From: an uncultured virus (IMG/VR IMGVR_UViG_3300034062_006335)
Lineage: Duplodnaviria; Heunggongvirae; Uroviricota; Caudoviricetes
DNA length: 64,000 nt
IMG/VR virus record: IMGVR_UViG_3300034062_006335
Strand: one strand, 5' to 3'
Both the position numbers and the translations under genes were made by a program. A model generated the notes under the pieces. That model did not search any database. It saw nothing but the letters and a program-made list of their open reading frames with translations, and was not told the origin of the DNA. This document shows positions 51,001 to 59,225 of this stretch, piece after piece (within the stretch, counting starts at the first letter, position 1; each line of letters opens with the position of its first letter).

Positions 51001-54000
51001 TGGTGGTGGTGGAGTAGTTGATGGCGTTGGTGATGGTGTTGGTGTTGGTGATGGTTGATTACACGGTTTTCCAGTTGGTGTAATTGTTCCGTCAATCGCA
51101 TTTGTAAAATAAGGTACGGTATTTTTTTCAACGCAAACAGTACCAGTCGCACCACTTAATAATGGTAGTGAAGTCAGTGTTGTTTGCCCGCAACCTGTAT
51201 AATTTATAGTTGTGGCACTATTTCCTACGGCATAATCGTATTGTGAACAAGGGTCCGGTGGTAATGGTGGTATTGGTGGTGGAATTTTTGTAATAAATTC
51301 AGTTTCTGTTATTTCTCTAACTAAAACTTGAGTTTCAAAAATTTCTTGAGGTGTGAATGTTACCCATTTTTTAATTAAGTCATATATATCATACTTTGTA
51401 CATCCCGCAATAAATGAATCAATTACTTGAGTAATTGAACCTTCACCTTCTCTTTCTAATTCTCTATCAACCAAAACATTCATTACTGATGGGTGGTCAA
51501 CTAAAATTTTAAAACTAATGTTTCCATTTCTTGTAGTATTTGTGTAAGTATATATTGGCTCAGGTCTTCCTAAAAATGTATTGTCTTCCCATGATGTTTG
51601 TATATTTTCGTCGAATGATAAATCATAAGGAGGGAACCACATAATTCTACCCCCATTCGGTCCTTTTTCACAAGTTGGTAAATCCTCGTATGTAAATCCA
51701 GGAGTATTTGATGTTCTCCAAGCCAAATTTTCTAAAGAAAACATATATTTTTTTACCTTGTCTTTTCCAAAGTCTAAACTACTTGAACTTGCGTCACTAT
51801 AAGGTACAATATTTAAGTTATATGTATTTGTTAATACCGAGTCAGGATATTTTCTAATGTTACCATCTGTTTTTTGTAATTCTCTATATGTGTAATAGGG
51901 TCTATCCTTTGTAAACACTCTACAATATTCATATCCAACTGGATTTTCTGATTGTTCACCAACTGAAGTTTTTGTTGAATATCTTACAACTCTTGAACCT
52001 TTAGTTAATTCTTGGTAACCATCATTAAAAATTTTAGAAACTTGATTGATTGCGTTTCCTACGTGTTCAGTTTTGTACTGAGATTTGTTACCGGCATCAA
52101 CTAATTTTTGAGTTGTGTCTAATAATGAACCGGGTGTAAAATCGTATGAACTTGAGTCGTCTTCTCTATAACTTGGTGGTGTTCCCCATTGTGTTAAATC
52201 AGCACCTCCTCTTTGTGGTAGTTTTCCAGGTTTGGTATAGTTATCACTACTTGTCCATGTAAATCCTCCAAAAACTGTAGAATTTACTAATGTGGTTCCA
52301 TCTGCCGCTGCACCTGCACTATAGTAGTTTCGACTATTGATTCCAAATTTTGTTTCATCTAATTGATTTGTTTCATAAGCTTTTCCTAAGTTTGAGTAAG
52401 ATAAAACAGGTCCGTAAGAAGATGCATTATCATTGTACTTTGAAAGTGGTAACTCTGAAACATCAGGTGTTACTAATTTTGTAATAGAGCTTTTATTATC
52501 TCCTATGTAAAATTTTGGTTGTGGTGCAAGTAAACTAAGCCCCTTTTGGTAGTCAGGTCTAAAATAGTTATATGATAATTGTTGAAATATTAAACTTCTT
52601 GTTGGTATTGATGTATAAGTCATCAATAATTCTGATGCGTTGTTATTTGCAGGTTCTTTGTAGTTAAAAATAGGACCACCTTGACCTCCTAACGCAGAAA
52701 GTGTGTTTTGTAAAAAAGTGTTTTGATTATTAATTCTTGTAGGATAATCAAATAACTCACCAATAATATATGAATATGGACTATATAAACCGGCCAATCT
52801 ACCTGCAAAGTCTACAACGTCTAATGGTGTCGGTACCCCCGCAACATCAGGTGGTGATGTAATCTTATAGTTCATGGCGATTACAGGAATGTTTCCTGTT
52901 GCCATACCTAAAACATCGAATGGGTCAGTATTTGGTTTTGCAGAAATTCCACCTGTTTGTGGGTCAATTGATGAACTAACGGCATTTACTCTACCAACTG
53001 TTTGTTGTAATAATTCTAACGCAATTCTAGATTTAAACTCCTTTTGTAAATTTTTTGCACTTATTTTAGCTAAGTTTGAATCTTGAGATAACGGCCCATC
53101 AGACCCTGTTGGATTATTTTGCAACAAAATACTATATGGTGTATATGTTGAAGGTAGAAAAATAAACGTATTATCTGAATTTGCGTAAGGTAGTTGTAAT
53201 ACTTGAATTACTTCATTGTCAAAATCAATATCAGAATATGAACCAGTTCCTGTTGAATATGTATTTGATAGATATGCCTGTGTTTCACTTTGACCGGCTT
53301 GTATTTCTAAAGTACTACCAATAGTGTCATCGATACCATATGGACCAACATTATCTGCCGGTAATAAATCATCATTTATAACGACAGAATCGCCATATGA
53401 TGTAGTACTACCTAAAGCAGGACTTGGTCCATATTTGTTATTTATATAAGTTCTATTTTCAACAACCTGTCCTATATTTTCTAATTCACTATTTACAGTA
53501 TCAGGAAAACCATATTCACCTTCATTTGATTTTGTTTGAAAATTAAGATTTATATCAGATTGTCTTCTTTCGGTTTCAGAACCGTATTGATTTATTGTAA
53601 ATAAGATTGGTCTTTGTTCTTGTGATACTCTTTCTAGACGATTAGAAACTGTGTCTTCGATTGTATAATTTCCTTGTGATAAAAATAATATTCTTAAAGT
53701 TCTATACATTTCGACCTCAAACTCACTTTGTCCATTTTCAGGTCTATATAAATTTAATTTAAATAATTGTGGTCTCTCATCTACACCTTCTAATTCTAAT
53801 CCACTTTGAATTGTATCTGTAAAGTCATATTCGCCAGTTCCAATGCTAGAACTTATTCTATATTGTTGTAGGTCATTATTTATTGACCACAAAGTTGTTC
53901 CATAAATTTCATCACCTTGCGATGTGGGAAAATATTGATTACTTGCGTATAATATCCCTTCTTGAGTATTACCAACAAACTCCAATTCATTTCCAATTGT

Positions 54001-54651
54001 ATATGAAATAGAATATGGTGATTGTGTTCTAAATGATGAAAGTGTTAATACATCATTAATATTATAAACAGTTTGTCCAAAATCTTCACTCGCAAAAACA
54101 CCCCATTTATTTAATATTTTTAAATCTATTTCTTTTTGGTTTCCTATTCTTTCCAAATAGTTGTTAAATGTATCAACAATTGTATATTCTCCTTCACCAA
54201 TTGTTAAAATATTTTTGTCGTCATTAATAAAATAAACCGAACTTCCAAACCCTGCAATATTATTTTGAGGTTTGTAAACATTTTTTACTATGTGATATAA
54301 TTCTGAATTATCACCAATCGTTTCTAAATCACTTAAGATGGTATCTGTTAAGTCATATTGTCCTTCGTTTGATTTGTAGTTCAGATTTTTATTAATTTGA
54401 ACCATGTCTCCGTATTCTTCACTATCCTCGGGACCATACTGATTTATTGGAAATAATATTCTTTCTTGTCTGTCTCCAATTATTTCGATTGGTGTTGAAT
54501 CAACAGGAGTTAGGTCTGTATAAGTAAATTCACCTTTAGCGGGTTTATCATCTGTTCCAAAAAAATTGACAACACGATATGCTGGCAGATTTCTTGCCAA
54601 CAATTTTTTTCTAAAGTTTTCTGTAGAATTGAATGAAAGTGGACTTTCCAT
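48016..54651 (-). CDS. Giant tail-tube initiator-like protein (gp48/gp54-like fold) with N-terminal repeats, PT linker and OmpA-like domain
   Basis: FPPYDLSFDEN..W....FLGRPEPIYTY..TTRNGNISF and PPICVLRIGD..PMIVDVTIGFSFIG flank an OmpA-like LSGTASS..YNIKLSTRRGDSV..RRVRI segment; follows the tape measure. Confidence 0.65.
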   Translation of the reverse strand: MESPLSFNSTENFRKKLLARNLPAYRVVNFFGTDDKPAKGEFTYTDLTPVDSTPIEIIGDRQERILFPINQYGPEDSEEYGDMVQINKNLNYKSNEGQYDLTDTILSDLETIGDNSELYHIVKNVYKPQNNIAGFGSSVYFINDDKNILTIGEGEYTIVDTFNNYLERIGNQKEIDLKILNKWGVFASEDFGQTVYNINDVLTLSSFRTQSPYSISYTIGNELEFVGNTQEGILYASNQYFPTSQGDEIYGTTLWSINNDLQQYRISSSIGTGEYDFTDTIQSGLELEGVDERPQLFKLNLYRPENGQSEFEVEMYRTLRILFLSQGNYTIEDTVSNRLERVSQEQRPILFTINQYGSETERRQSDINLNFQTKSNEGEYGFPDTVNSELENIGQVVENRTYINNKYGPSPALGSTTSYGDSVVINDDLLPADNVGPYGIDDTIGSTLEIQAGQSETQAYLSNTYSTGTGSYSDIDFDNEVIQVLQLPYANSDNTFIFLPSTYTPYSILLQNNPTGSDGPLSQDSNLAKISAKNLQKEFKSRIALELLQQTVGRVNAVSSSIDPQTGGISAKPNTDPFDVLGMATGNIPVIAMNYKITSPPDVAGVPTPLDVVDFAGRLAGLYSPYSYIIGELFDYPTRINNQNTFLQNTLSALGGQGGPIFNYKEPANNNASELLMTYTSIPTRSLIFQQLSYNYFRPDYQKGLSLLAPQPKFYIGDNKSSITKLVTPDVSELPLSKYNDNASSYGPVLSYSNLGKAYETNQLDETKFGINSRNYYSAGAAADGTTLVNSTVFGGFTWTSSDNYTKPGKLPQRGGADLTQWGTPPSYREDDSSSYDFTPGSLLDTTQKLVDAGNKSQYKTEHVGNAINQVSKIFNDGYQELTKGSRVVRYSTKTSVGEQSENPVGYEYCRVFTKDRPYYTYRELQKTDGNIRKYPDSVLTNTYNLNIVPYSDASSSSLDFGKDKVKKYMFSLENLAWRTSNTPGFTYEDLPTCEKGPNGGRIMWFPPYDLSFDENIQTSWEDNTFLGRPEPIYTYTNTTRNGNISFKILVDHPSVMNVLVDRELEREGEGSITQVIDSFIAGCTKYDIYDLIKKWVTFTPQEIFETQVLVREITETEFITKIPPPIPPLPPDPCSQYDYAVGNSATTINYTGCGQTTLTSLPLLSGATGTVCVEKNTVPYFTNAIDGTITPTGKPCNQPSPTPTPSPTPSTTPPPPTPSPTPTTTPPPTPSPTPSVTPAPTFTPTIIQPNLQDIGFYFHNDYPGQKTVNGVFDPLQAQKPFDEVYQDYLALKQGYLETGGTDLFGKTFGKARNFIFKYNDATYTQFTQAQIQNLSPAAQTQYLSSFIDARKDSVSKFFDYIESEFNDAKKLAVVIGDALSQGKKVKFSLSGTASSVHNPDYNIKLSTRRGDSVRQWLYAQPAGSKKIGDYAEDGSIVVKVQTYQGEGGKLDQDPYKYIDCSKSFKNNSNEGVSSVNAMACRRVRIVDVEILDPVDNTLNNTGNDNSNVNNVENSGANGDGSTSVEGDFNASQETNNTNTSYLTSEVNDDVELESNTQNNPQPVESNNTFVSQTPSGGPQNQTPETVTRTRTERTTQLTSQRKKELTKKLGRKLLTECNYFDMIKDSDEMIYNGIKQKFKFFNPAFHSITPEGLNSRLTFLQQCMRPGDTIPTVSESLKGEVKLLFNDVTNSVFGSPPICVLRIGDFFHTKIKLDSLNFKYDDGKFDLNPEGIGVQPMIVDVTIGFSFIGAHGLAGPVSKLQNALSFNYYANTEMYDDRADDTAKNETLDTYDKLIEEEALNRFGVVANPSNRGTQNDGGVPIGTMGEQKLDIQTNIVTGNIRYQNVMQSLVDKSKEYFEVVEQTLSKVNDELFIGGLQLLTKEREYTSGSFNALGSPQSCTIYGKSINIETRVNNLKTKAKEDVDNNDCPILALVDNSNFSDIQIRKVKRRIQDLIDAKAGQILGVLEVNNSTITAKELEWIGIVDKLNYIMNGNDGYITKQGNAYIYNISGTTQITAPYPQGVTNTLQELTQESYLVKNDINDFIQQLSTFNVIPSGSYEYNDSFSFDTYIPNYTPAKNRFFILFGTDILKKPQDFINSIINVAIPNAGQADKDAWDTYFTNIITTPQTGLGADYLTSKNTQDANLKKFRDDYYSNKYTNYRPYDVSKERLCALVTKLPPLAPSDSNMKDLYSQVNSGGNKFNLKKSFP

Positions 54652-54690
54652 TAAACTTTATTTGATAAATAGATTATAGTTAGATTTTTT

Positions 54691-56586
54691 CTAAAGAACA
54701 CCCTGTTGTTTTTGATAATCTTTCATTTTGTATAGAACCATATCCATCAATTGTTTTTGAAAAATTGGTGAGGAAAACAATTTGTTCAAGTCCGAATTGT
54801 TGTCTCCATTAACTCTACCTGAAAGATTGATGTTTAAGTCGAGAGCACCTCCTAAAGTTTGGTTATTTTGAGACATATTTTCTACAAGTTTACCCGAACT
54901 ATTAAATATTTCATCTATGTTTGTACCCATCGCAACTTGGTCTCCAACTATCCCTTTATATATTGCGCCTTCTGACATAACCATTGGTTTACCATCTTTC
55001 GGTAAAAAAAGGTCTTCAACATCTTGTAATCCTGTTGCACCACCAGTTGTCACTACGTCAGATTTATTTTCAAATGCTTTTGTAAGGTTATCCATCGCTT
55101 CCTTGTATGCTGTGTTCACTGCAGGTAATACACGGAACTGGTCTGCAGCTTCAGCAATACCTTTATCGTACGCTTTAAGTCCCTCCCTATCTACACCTGA
55201 CGGTGCTTCAGAAGCGGTTATTGCTTGGTCTCCCATCTTATCATTAGCCCTTTTAATTTCTTCTAACAATTCGTCTCTTTCTGTTTGGGTAAAACCTTTC
55301 AACACAGCTTCTTTTATAATATTAACATCTTTTGCTTGATTTTCTGTAATCGTCATTTGAGCGACCGCTAAATCTTTTTCTGATAATGCCGCTTTGTCTT
55401 GATAATCTTTTAACGCTTTTTGTGTGTCAGCACTTTTTAATTGTGCTTGAAGTTGTTCGGCGGTATCTGCTTCTAATTTTTTAAACCCTGGAATATCTAT
55501 TGAAACTTTTCCACCTTCACCTATTTCTGCTAAACCAGCGATTAAGTTTTGTGAATCTTCATCTAAAGAATCTAAACCAAATTTATCTTTCAACATATCT
55601 AATTTGGCAGCTTCTCTACCTGCATTAACTAAATCTTCCAAATTGGCACCTGTAAGGTCTGCCTGTTCTCTTAATCTATACATGTCTTGAGTGGCAATAT
55701 CGAACTTACCTGTTTCTTTGTTGAAACTAAATGCTGATTTTGTTGATTTAACAAGTTCTTCTTGTAGACCTGCCATGTCTGTTTGTGCCATGTGCAAAAG
55801 TTGAAATGGGTCTGCTAATTTACCAACAGCCCCTCCCATCATCTGAAAGGCCGCCGCTGTTTCAATAGCACCTTCAGGGTCTAAAACTTTTCCCTGTAAT
55901 ACCTTAGTCCCCAATGATTCCATGGTTGTTCTTAATACCATAGCTTGTTTAGCCATTTTTGTAAGACCGTCTATACCATTTTTAAAACCAAACCCACTTA
56001 CATCTTTTAAACCAGTTTTTACTGTTGTCATTAATCCTTTAGCACTCAATCCTGACTTTCTTGCTGATTCAGCAATTTTTTCCATCTGTAGTAAATTAGC
56101 GGTTTGTGTCCCACCAAGTCTACTTAACTCACCTACCATTCCAGCAACATCCTTTGATGCCATACCTGTACTCTTTGATAGTGTTACCATACTTACAAGT
56201 ACCTCTTTCGATGGATTGACCATTTTACCCATACTAGCCGCTAACCCCTCTACCGCATCTGTTACGTCTTGGAATGATGACCCTATATCCAAAGTTTCAT
56301 GATACGCTTGAGTTAATCTTTCTCTAAACTGGGCAGCTCCAGTGACAAACCCTCCCATTGTCCTTTGTAAAGACAACGCTTGGTCATTCATAGATATAAG
56401 AGCCTTATTTGCGTTTTCTAATATTGTCTGAGGTTCTGCACCTATAACAAAATTTTGTAAAGCTTCTTTTAGTTCACCTATTTGACCTTTTAATCCTGTG
56501 GCTGTATTGTATGCAGAAGTACCTCCATCCGAGGTTTTTGCGCCTGAGCTAGCGGAAGGTTCACTACCAAAAAATAACATCATCAT
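54691..56586 (-). CDS. Tape measure protein (probable)
   Basis: Ala/Gly/Leu/Met/Gln-rich helical composition; canonical position after tube and chaperones. Confidence 0.7.
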   Translation of the reverse strand: MMMLFFGSEPSASSGAKTSDGGTSAYNTATGLKGQIGELKEALQNFVIGAEPQTILENANKALISMNDQALSLQRTMGGFVTGAAQFRERLTQAYHETLDIGSSFQDVTDAVEGLAASMGKMVNPSKEVLVSMVTLSKSTGMASKDVAGMVGELSRLGGTQTANLLQMEKIAESARKSGLSAKGLMTTVKTGLKDVSGFGFKNGIDGLTKMAKQAMVLRTTMESLGTKVLQGKVLDPEGAIETAAAFQMMGGAVGKLADPFQLLHMAQTDMAGLQEELVKSTKSAFSFNKETGKFDIATQDMYRLREQADLTGANLEDLVNAGREAAKLDMLKDKFGLDSLDEDSQNLIAGLAEIGEGGKVSIDIPGFKKLEADTAEQLQAQLKSADTQKALKDYQDKAALSEKDLAVAQMTITENQAKDVNIIKEAVLKGFTQTERDELLEEIKRANDKMGDQAITASEAPSGVDREGLKAYDKGIAEAADQFRVLPAVNTAYKEAMDNLTKAFENKSDVVTTGGATGLQDVEDLFLPKDGKPMVMSEGAIYKGIVGDQVAMGTNIDEIFNSSGKLVENMSQNNQTLGGALDLNINLSGRVNGDNNSDLNKLFSSPIFQKQLMDMVLYKMKDYQKQQGVL

Positions 56587-56607
56587 ACTAATAAGTATTT
56601 ATTCGAG

Positions 56608-56763
56608 TTAATTTTTTTTATTTTCTTCAATTAACTTATTTATGAAATATTTTCTTTCGAACGTAGGCATACTCATACAATCTTTGTATGTGAAATTACA
56701 ATATTTACAAAGATAGTATATCTCATCCATGAGATTTATTTTATACTGTGAAGAAAGGGCGAA
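56608..56763 (-). CDS. Tail assembly chaperone second ORF; probable +1 frameshift extension (alternative own start ATG 56730)
   Basis: FALSSQYKINLMDEIYYL..FTYKDCMSMPTFERKYFINKL; overlaps the end of the upstream gene in the +1 frame. Confidence 0.65.
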   Translation of the reverse strand, partial: FALSSQYKINLMDEIYYLCKYCNFTYKDCMSMPTFERKYFINKLIEENKKN

Positions 56764-57499
56764 AAAACTCCACCCCAAAAGCAACTTCAAAAGTTACTTT
56801 TTCTCCTGATGGGGCGATAACTGTTTTTTTTAAATCCAAAGAAGGTTCACAATCTTTTATAAATTTTCTTATTGACTTAGAGTCCGCAATTGGTAATCGA
56901 CTTATAAATGATGAAATATATTCTCTATCTCTATTCCCATCTATTTCTATAATGTGTTTTTCTAAAGTTTTAGTTATTGTGGGCGCAACCATCCCATTAG
57001 GATAAGAATCCTTAATTTTATCTAAATCAGAAATATCCCCTAATGATAATAACTTTAATAAAACTTTTTTATTTGACTTAGGTAAAACAAATTCAAAAAG
57101 ACCCAATTCATTTGGTTTAACTTTTGGCTCTTCATAGGATATGTTTTCTAATGTTATTGTTATTTCAAATCTTTTATTTGTAAGTGGGTCTGTCAACTCA
57201 TAATTATATTCTGTACCAAAAGACGTGTTTCTTAAAAAGATAAGAATAACTCTGGCGTCAACTTCTAAAAGTTGGTTTACGTCAAATCCTGGCTCATAAA
57301 CTTTATTTTTTAAAAGACTGGTTACGATACCATCTTTGAGCGAATTTGGTGACATTAAAATATTTTCGTCAGTTGCTGTTAGATAACCTACCTTTAAACT
57401 TTCCTTTTTTGGTTTGTAAAAAATACCTTTAGTCGGTAGGTTTACCACATCGTGTGGTAAATTAAAATCCATTTGTCCATAAATTTCTGATTGCTCCAT
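56741..57499 (-). CDS. Tail / baseplate-hub assembly chaperone (T4 gp26/gp51-like)
   Basis: VNLPTKGIFY, YLTATDENIL, LRNTSFGTEY, duplicated FVLPKS unit, ends GVEFFRPFF; lies between tube and tape measure. Confidence 0.75.
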   Translation of the reverse strand: MEQSEIYGQMDFNLPHDVVNLPTKGIFYKPKKESLKVGYLTATDENILMSPNSLKDGIVTSLLKNKVYEPGFDVNQLLEVDARVILIFLRNTSFGTEYNYELTDPLTNKRFEITITLENISYEEPKVKPNELGLFEFVLPKSNKKVLLKLLSLGDISDLDKIKDSYPNGMVAPTITKTLEKHIIEIDGNRDREYISSFISRLPIADSKSIRKFIKDCEPSLDLKKTVIAPSGEKVTFEVAFGVEFFRPFFTV

Positions 57500-57513
57500 A
57501 GTTTTTTATTTTA

Positions 57514-57541
57514 AAAATAGTTTTACAATAGTCAATGTAAA
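57514..57541 (-). promoter_or_regulatory. Putative promoter TTTACA-N16-TATTTT for the chaperone
   Basis: Same architecture as the sites at 673-700 and 39394-39421; directly after a terminator. Confidence 0.5.
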
Positions 57542-57570
57542 TAAAAAATCCCACCTGAAAAGATGGGATT
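57542..57570 (-). terminator. Intrinsic terminator after tail tube
   Basis: Stem AATCCCATCT/AGGTGGGATT (one G-U pair) plus T-run. Confidence 0.85.
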
Positions 57571-57591
57571 GTAATATATTTTATTTTTATT

Positions 57592-58080
57592 TTAGTATAC
57601 TAAAATACATCTGTCAGGTCTTAATGTTGCTTTTACTGTGATAAGTCCATCTTCACTATAACCTAACGAGTCGAAATCAACACTTGTTAAAAATACTCCT
57701 TGTAATATCCATTTTTCAACCGCCACACCTGTTGGGTCTAACATTTCTAAATCAATATCTTTTTTGTATCCTGCAGCATAACCCATACGTCCTGTAACTG
57801 ATTCAGCGTGTAAACGAACCCACTCCATTAACGCTTGTGATGCTGATGGTCCAATAGGGTCACGGAACGTAACATCAATCGTACCCCAAGTAAATCTACC
57901 TGCAACATATGTTGATGTGTTTAAAAATGGAATTTCCACTTCTTTGATTTCAACTTTTGGTCTTGACGTGGATTCAACATACCAAGAGTTAATCCCCAAA
58001 GAAGAAGGGAAAGTAATGATAAACCTATTTTTTCTTTTAGGTTCATACTGAAAGGGCATTTTCATTAATAAATCAGCCAT
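57592..58080 (-). CDS. Tail tube protein (T4 gp19-like)
   Basis: EPKRKNRF, SRPK, YVAGRFTWGTIDVTFRD, YKKDIDL..LDP.G..VEKWILQGVF; TATTTATA at 58112-58119. Confidence 0.92.
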   Translation of the reverse strand: MADLLMKMPFQYEPKRKNRFIITFPSSLGINSWYVESTSRPKVEIKEVEIPFLNTSTYVAGRFTWGTIDVTFRDPIGPSASQALMEWVRLHAESVTGRMGYAAGYKKDIDLEMLDPTGVAVEKWILQGVFLTSVDFDSLGYSEDGLITVKATLRPDRCILVY

Positions 58081-58179
58081 ATCTTTTGTTTTAAGTTTGT
58101 TTTATTTATTTTATAAATATCTAAAAATAATTTTTTTTATTTACTTTTTATTTTTTTTAAAATATTCTATAACTAGAAC

Positions 58180-59070
58180 CTAGTATTTAACTTTTTCTCC
58201 TCCCTTAGTTAAATATAAGTTTACTGGATTTTCTTCATATTCTTGATTTAACAATTCAGATATTTTCTCAATATTTCTTAGGTCATCATCTGAAAAACCA
58301 ATTAATGGTTCCCATATAGGATTTGCATTAACATCGTTTTTAAACATCGGTGTCCCCCTTAATTCCATATTTTTTGACAATTCTTTTGCCAAGTCTCTGC
58401 AATAAGAAATAAAGTTTTTAAGTGCGTTGAATTTTTCTATTTCAGGGTTTGATGCACTACCTTTATTAAAGGATACCGGTTCAAAAACACACATGTCTAA
58501 ATATTCATTTAATTCTGATGGTGATAATGCTTCAATTTTGGTATCATTTGACACTTTGTTTCCTATTTTTCTGTACTCATTTAAATTTTTAGCTAACTCT
58601 CGCGAGTTAATACCCTCTTTATTACTCATTATAAGGTTGTATGTTGCCTCTTTAAGTGTTTCAGGACTATGACCCCTTGCTGTGATGATTGCAAATATTG
58701 AACCCCCGTTAATACACTCCACAAAGTCTTTCCAAGCAGGACCTGTTTTAGCCATCATGGAATCTAATATGAATCTTTTATTACCTGGTTCTTTAAAATT
58801 TCTAAAAGCCCCCAAAGCATACCCTATGATTTTTTTTCCTCTATAATCAAAAGGTTCAACCCCGATTTCTGACCGATACTCTGCAAAGTCTTCAGTTGAC
58901 ATTGGGACTTCATTTTCATCTTCATCCACAACCATAATAGATGTTGGCATAAACATGATGTTGTCGTCCCAATCAAACGCATAATATTTCAAGTCAGGTC
59001 GTCCTACCTCATCAAAACCTTCTTTTATGAATTTTTTAATTCCCCTTTTAACCAAACCTTTTAAATTCAT
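58180..59070 (-). CDS. HAD-superfamily phosphatase-like protein
   Basis: Motif I AFDWDDNI, motif II IITARGH, conserved Lys, motif IV GFSDDDLRN. Confidence 0.7.
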   Translation of the reverse strand: MNLKGLVKRGIKKFIKEGFDEVGRPDLKYYAFDWDDNIMFMPTSIMVVDEDENEVPMSTEDFAEYRSEIGVEPFDYRGKKIIGYALGAFRNFKEPGNKRFILDSMMAKTGPAWKDFVECINGGSIFAIITARGHSPETLKEATYNLIMSNKEGINSRELAKNLNEYRKIGNKVSNDTKIEALSPSELNEYLDMCVFEPVSFNKGSASNPEIEKFNALKNFISYCRDLAKELSKNMELRGTPMFKNDVNANPIWEPLIGFSDDDLRNIEKISELLNQEYEENPVNLYLTKGGEKVKY

Positions 59071-59207
59071 TACTTTTTAAGTATTTCTAATAGTTTTTCA
59101 AGTTGACTCTCAGTTAAAACAATATTTTGTTTTTTATTAGAAAATGTTTTTTTTCCTGTGTTTGTATAACCAAGAGATTCTTTTATTATTTTTTTTTCTA
59201 TTTTCAT
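59070..59207 (-). CDS. 45-aa basic protein with C-terminal IVLTESQL motif; not in the ORF track
   Basis: MKIEKKIIKESLGYTNTGKKTFSNKKQNIVLTESQLEKLLEILKK; fills the gap and has a TAATG overlap with the next gene. Confidence 0.7.
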   Translation of the reverse strand: MKIEKKIIKESLGYTNTGKKTFSNKKQNIVLTESQLEKLLEILKK

Positions 59208-59225
59208 TTTTTTATATTGTTATTT

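Noticed and set aside
58121..58180. Possible antisense promoter TTTACT-N17-TATTCT on the + strand
   Set aside because: The context is extremely AT-rich and there is no downstream + ORF, so it cannot be told from chance.
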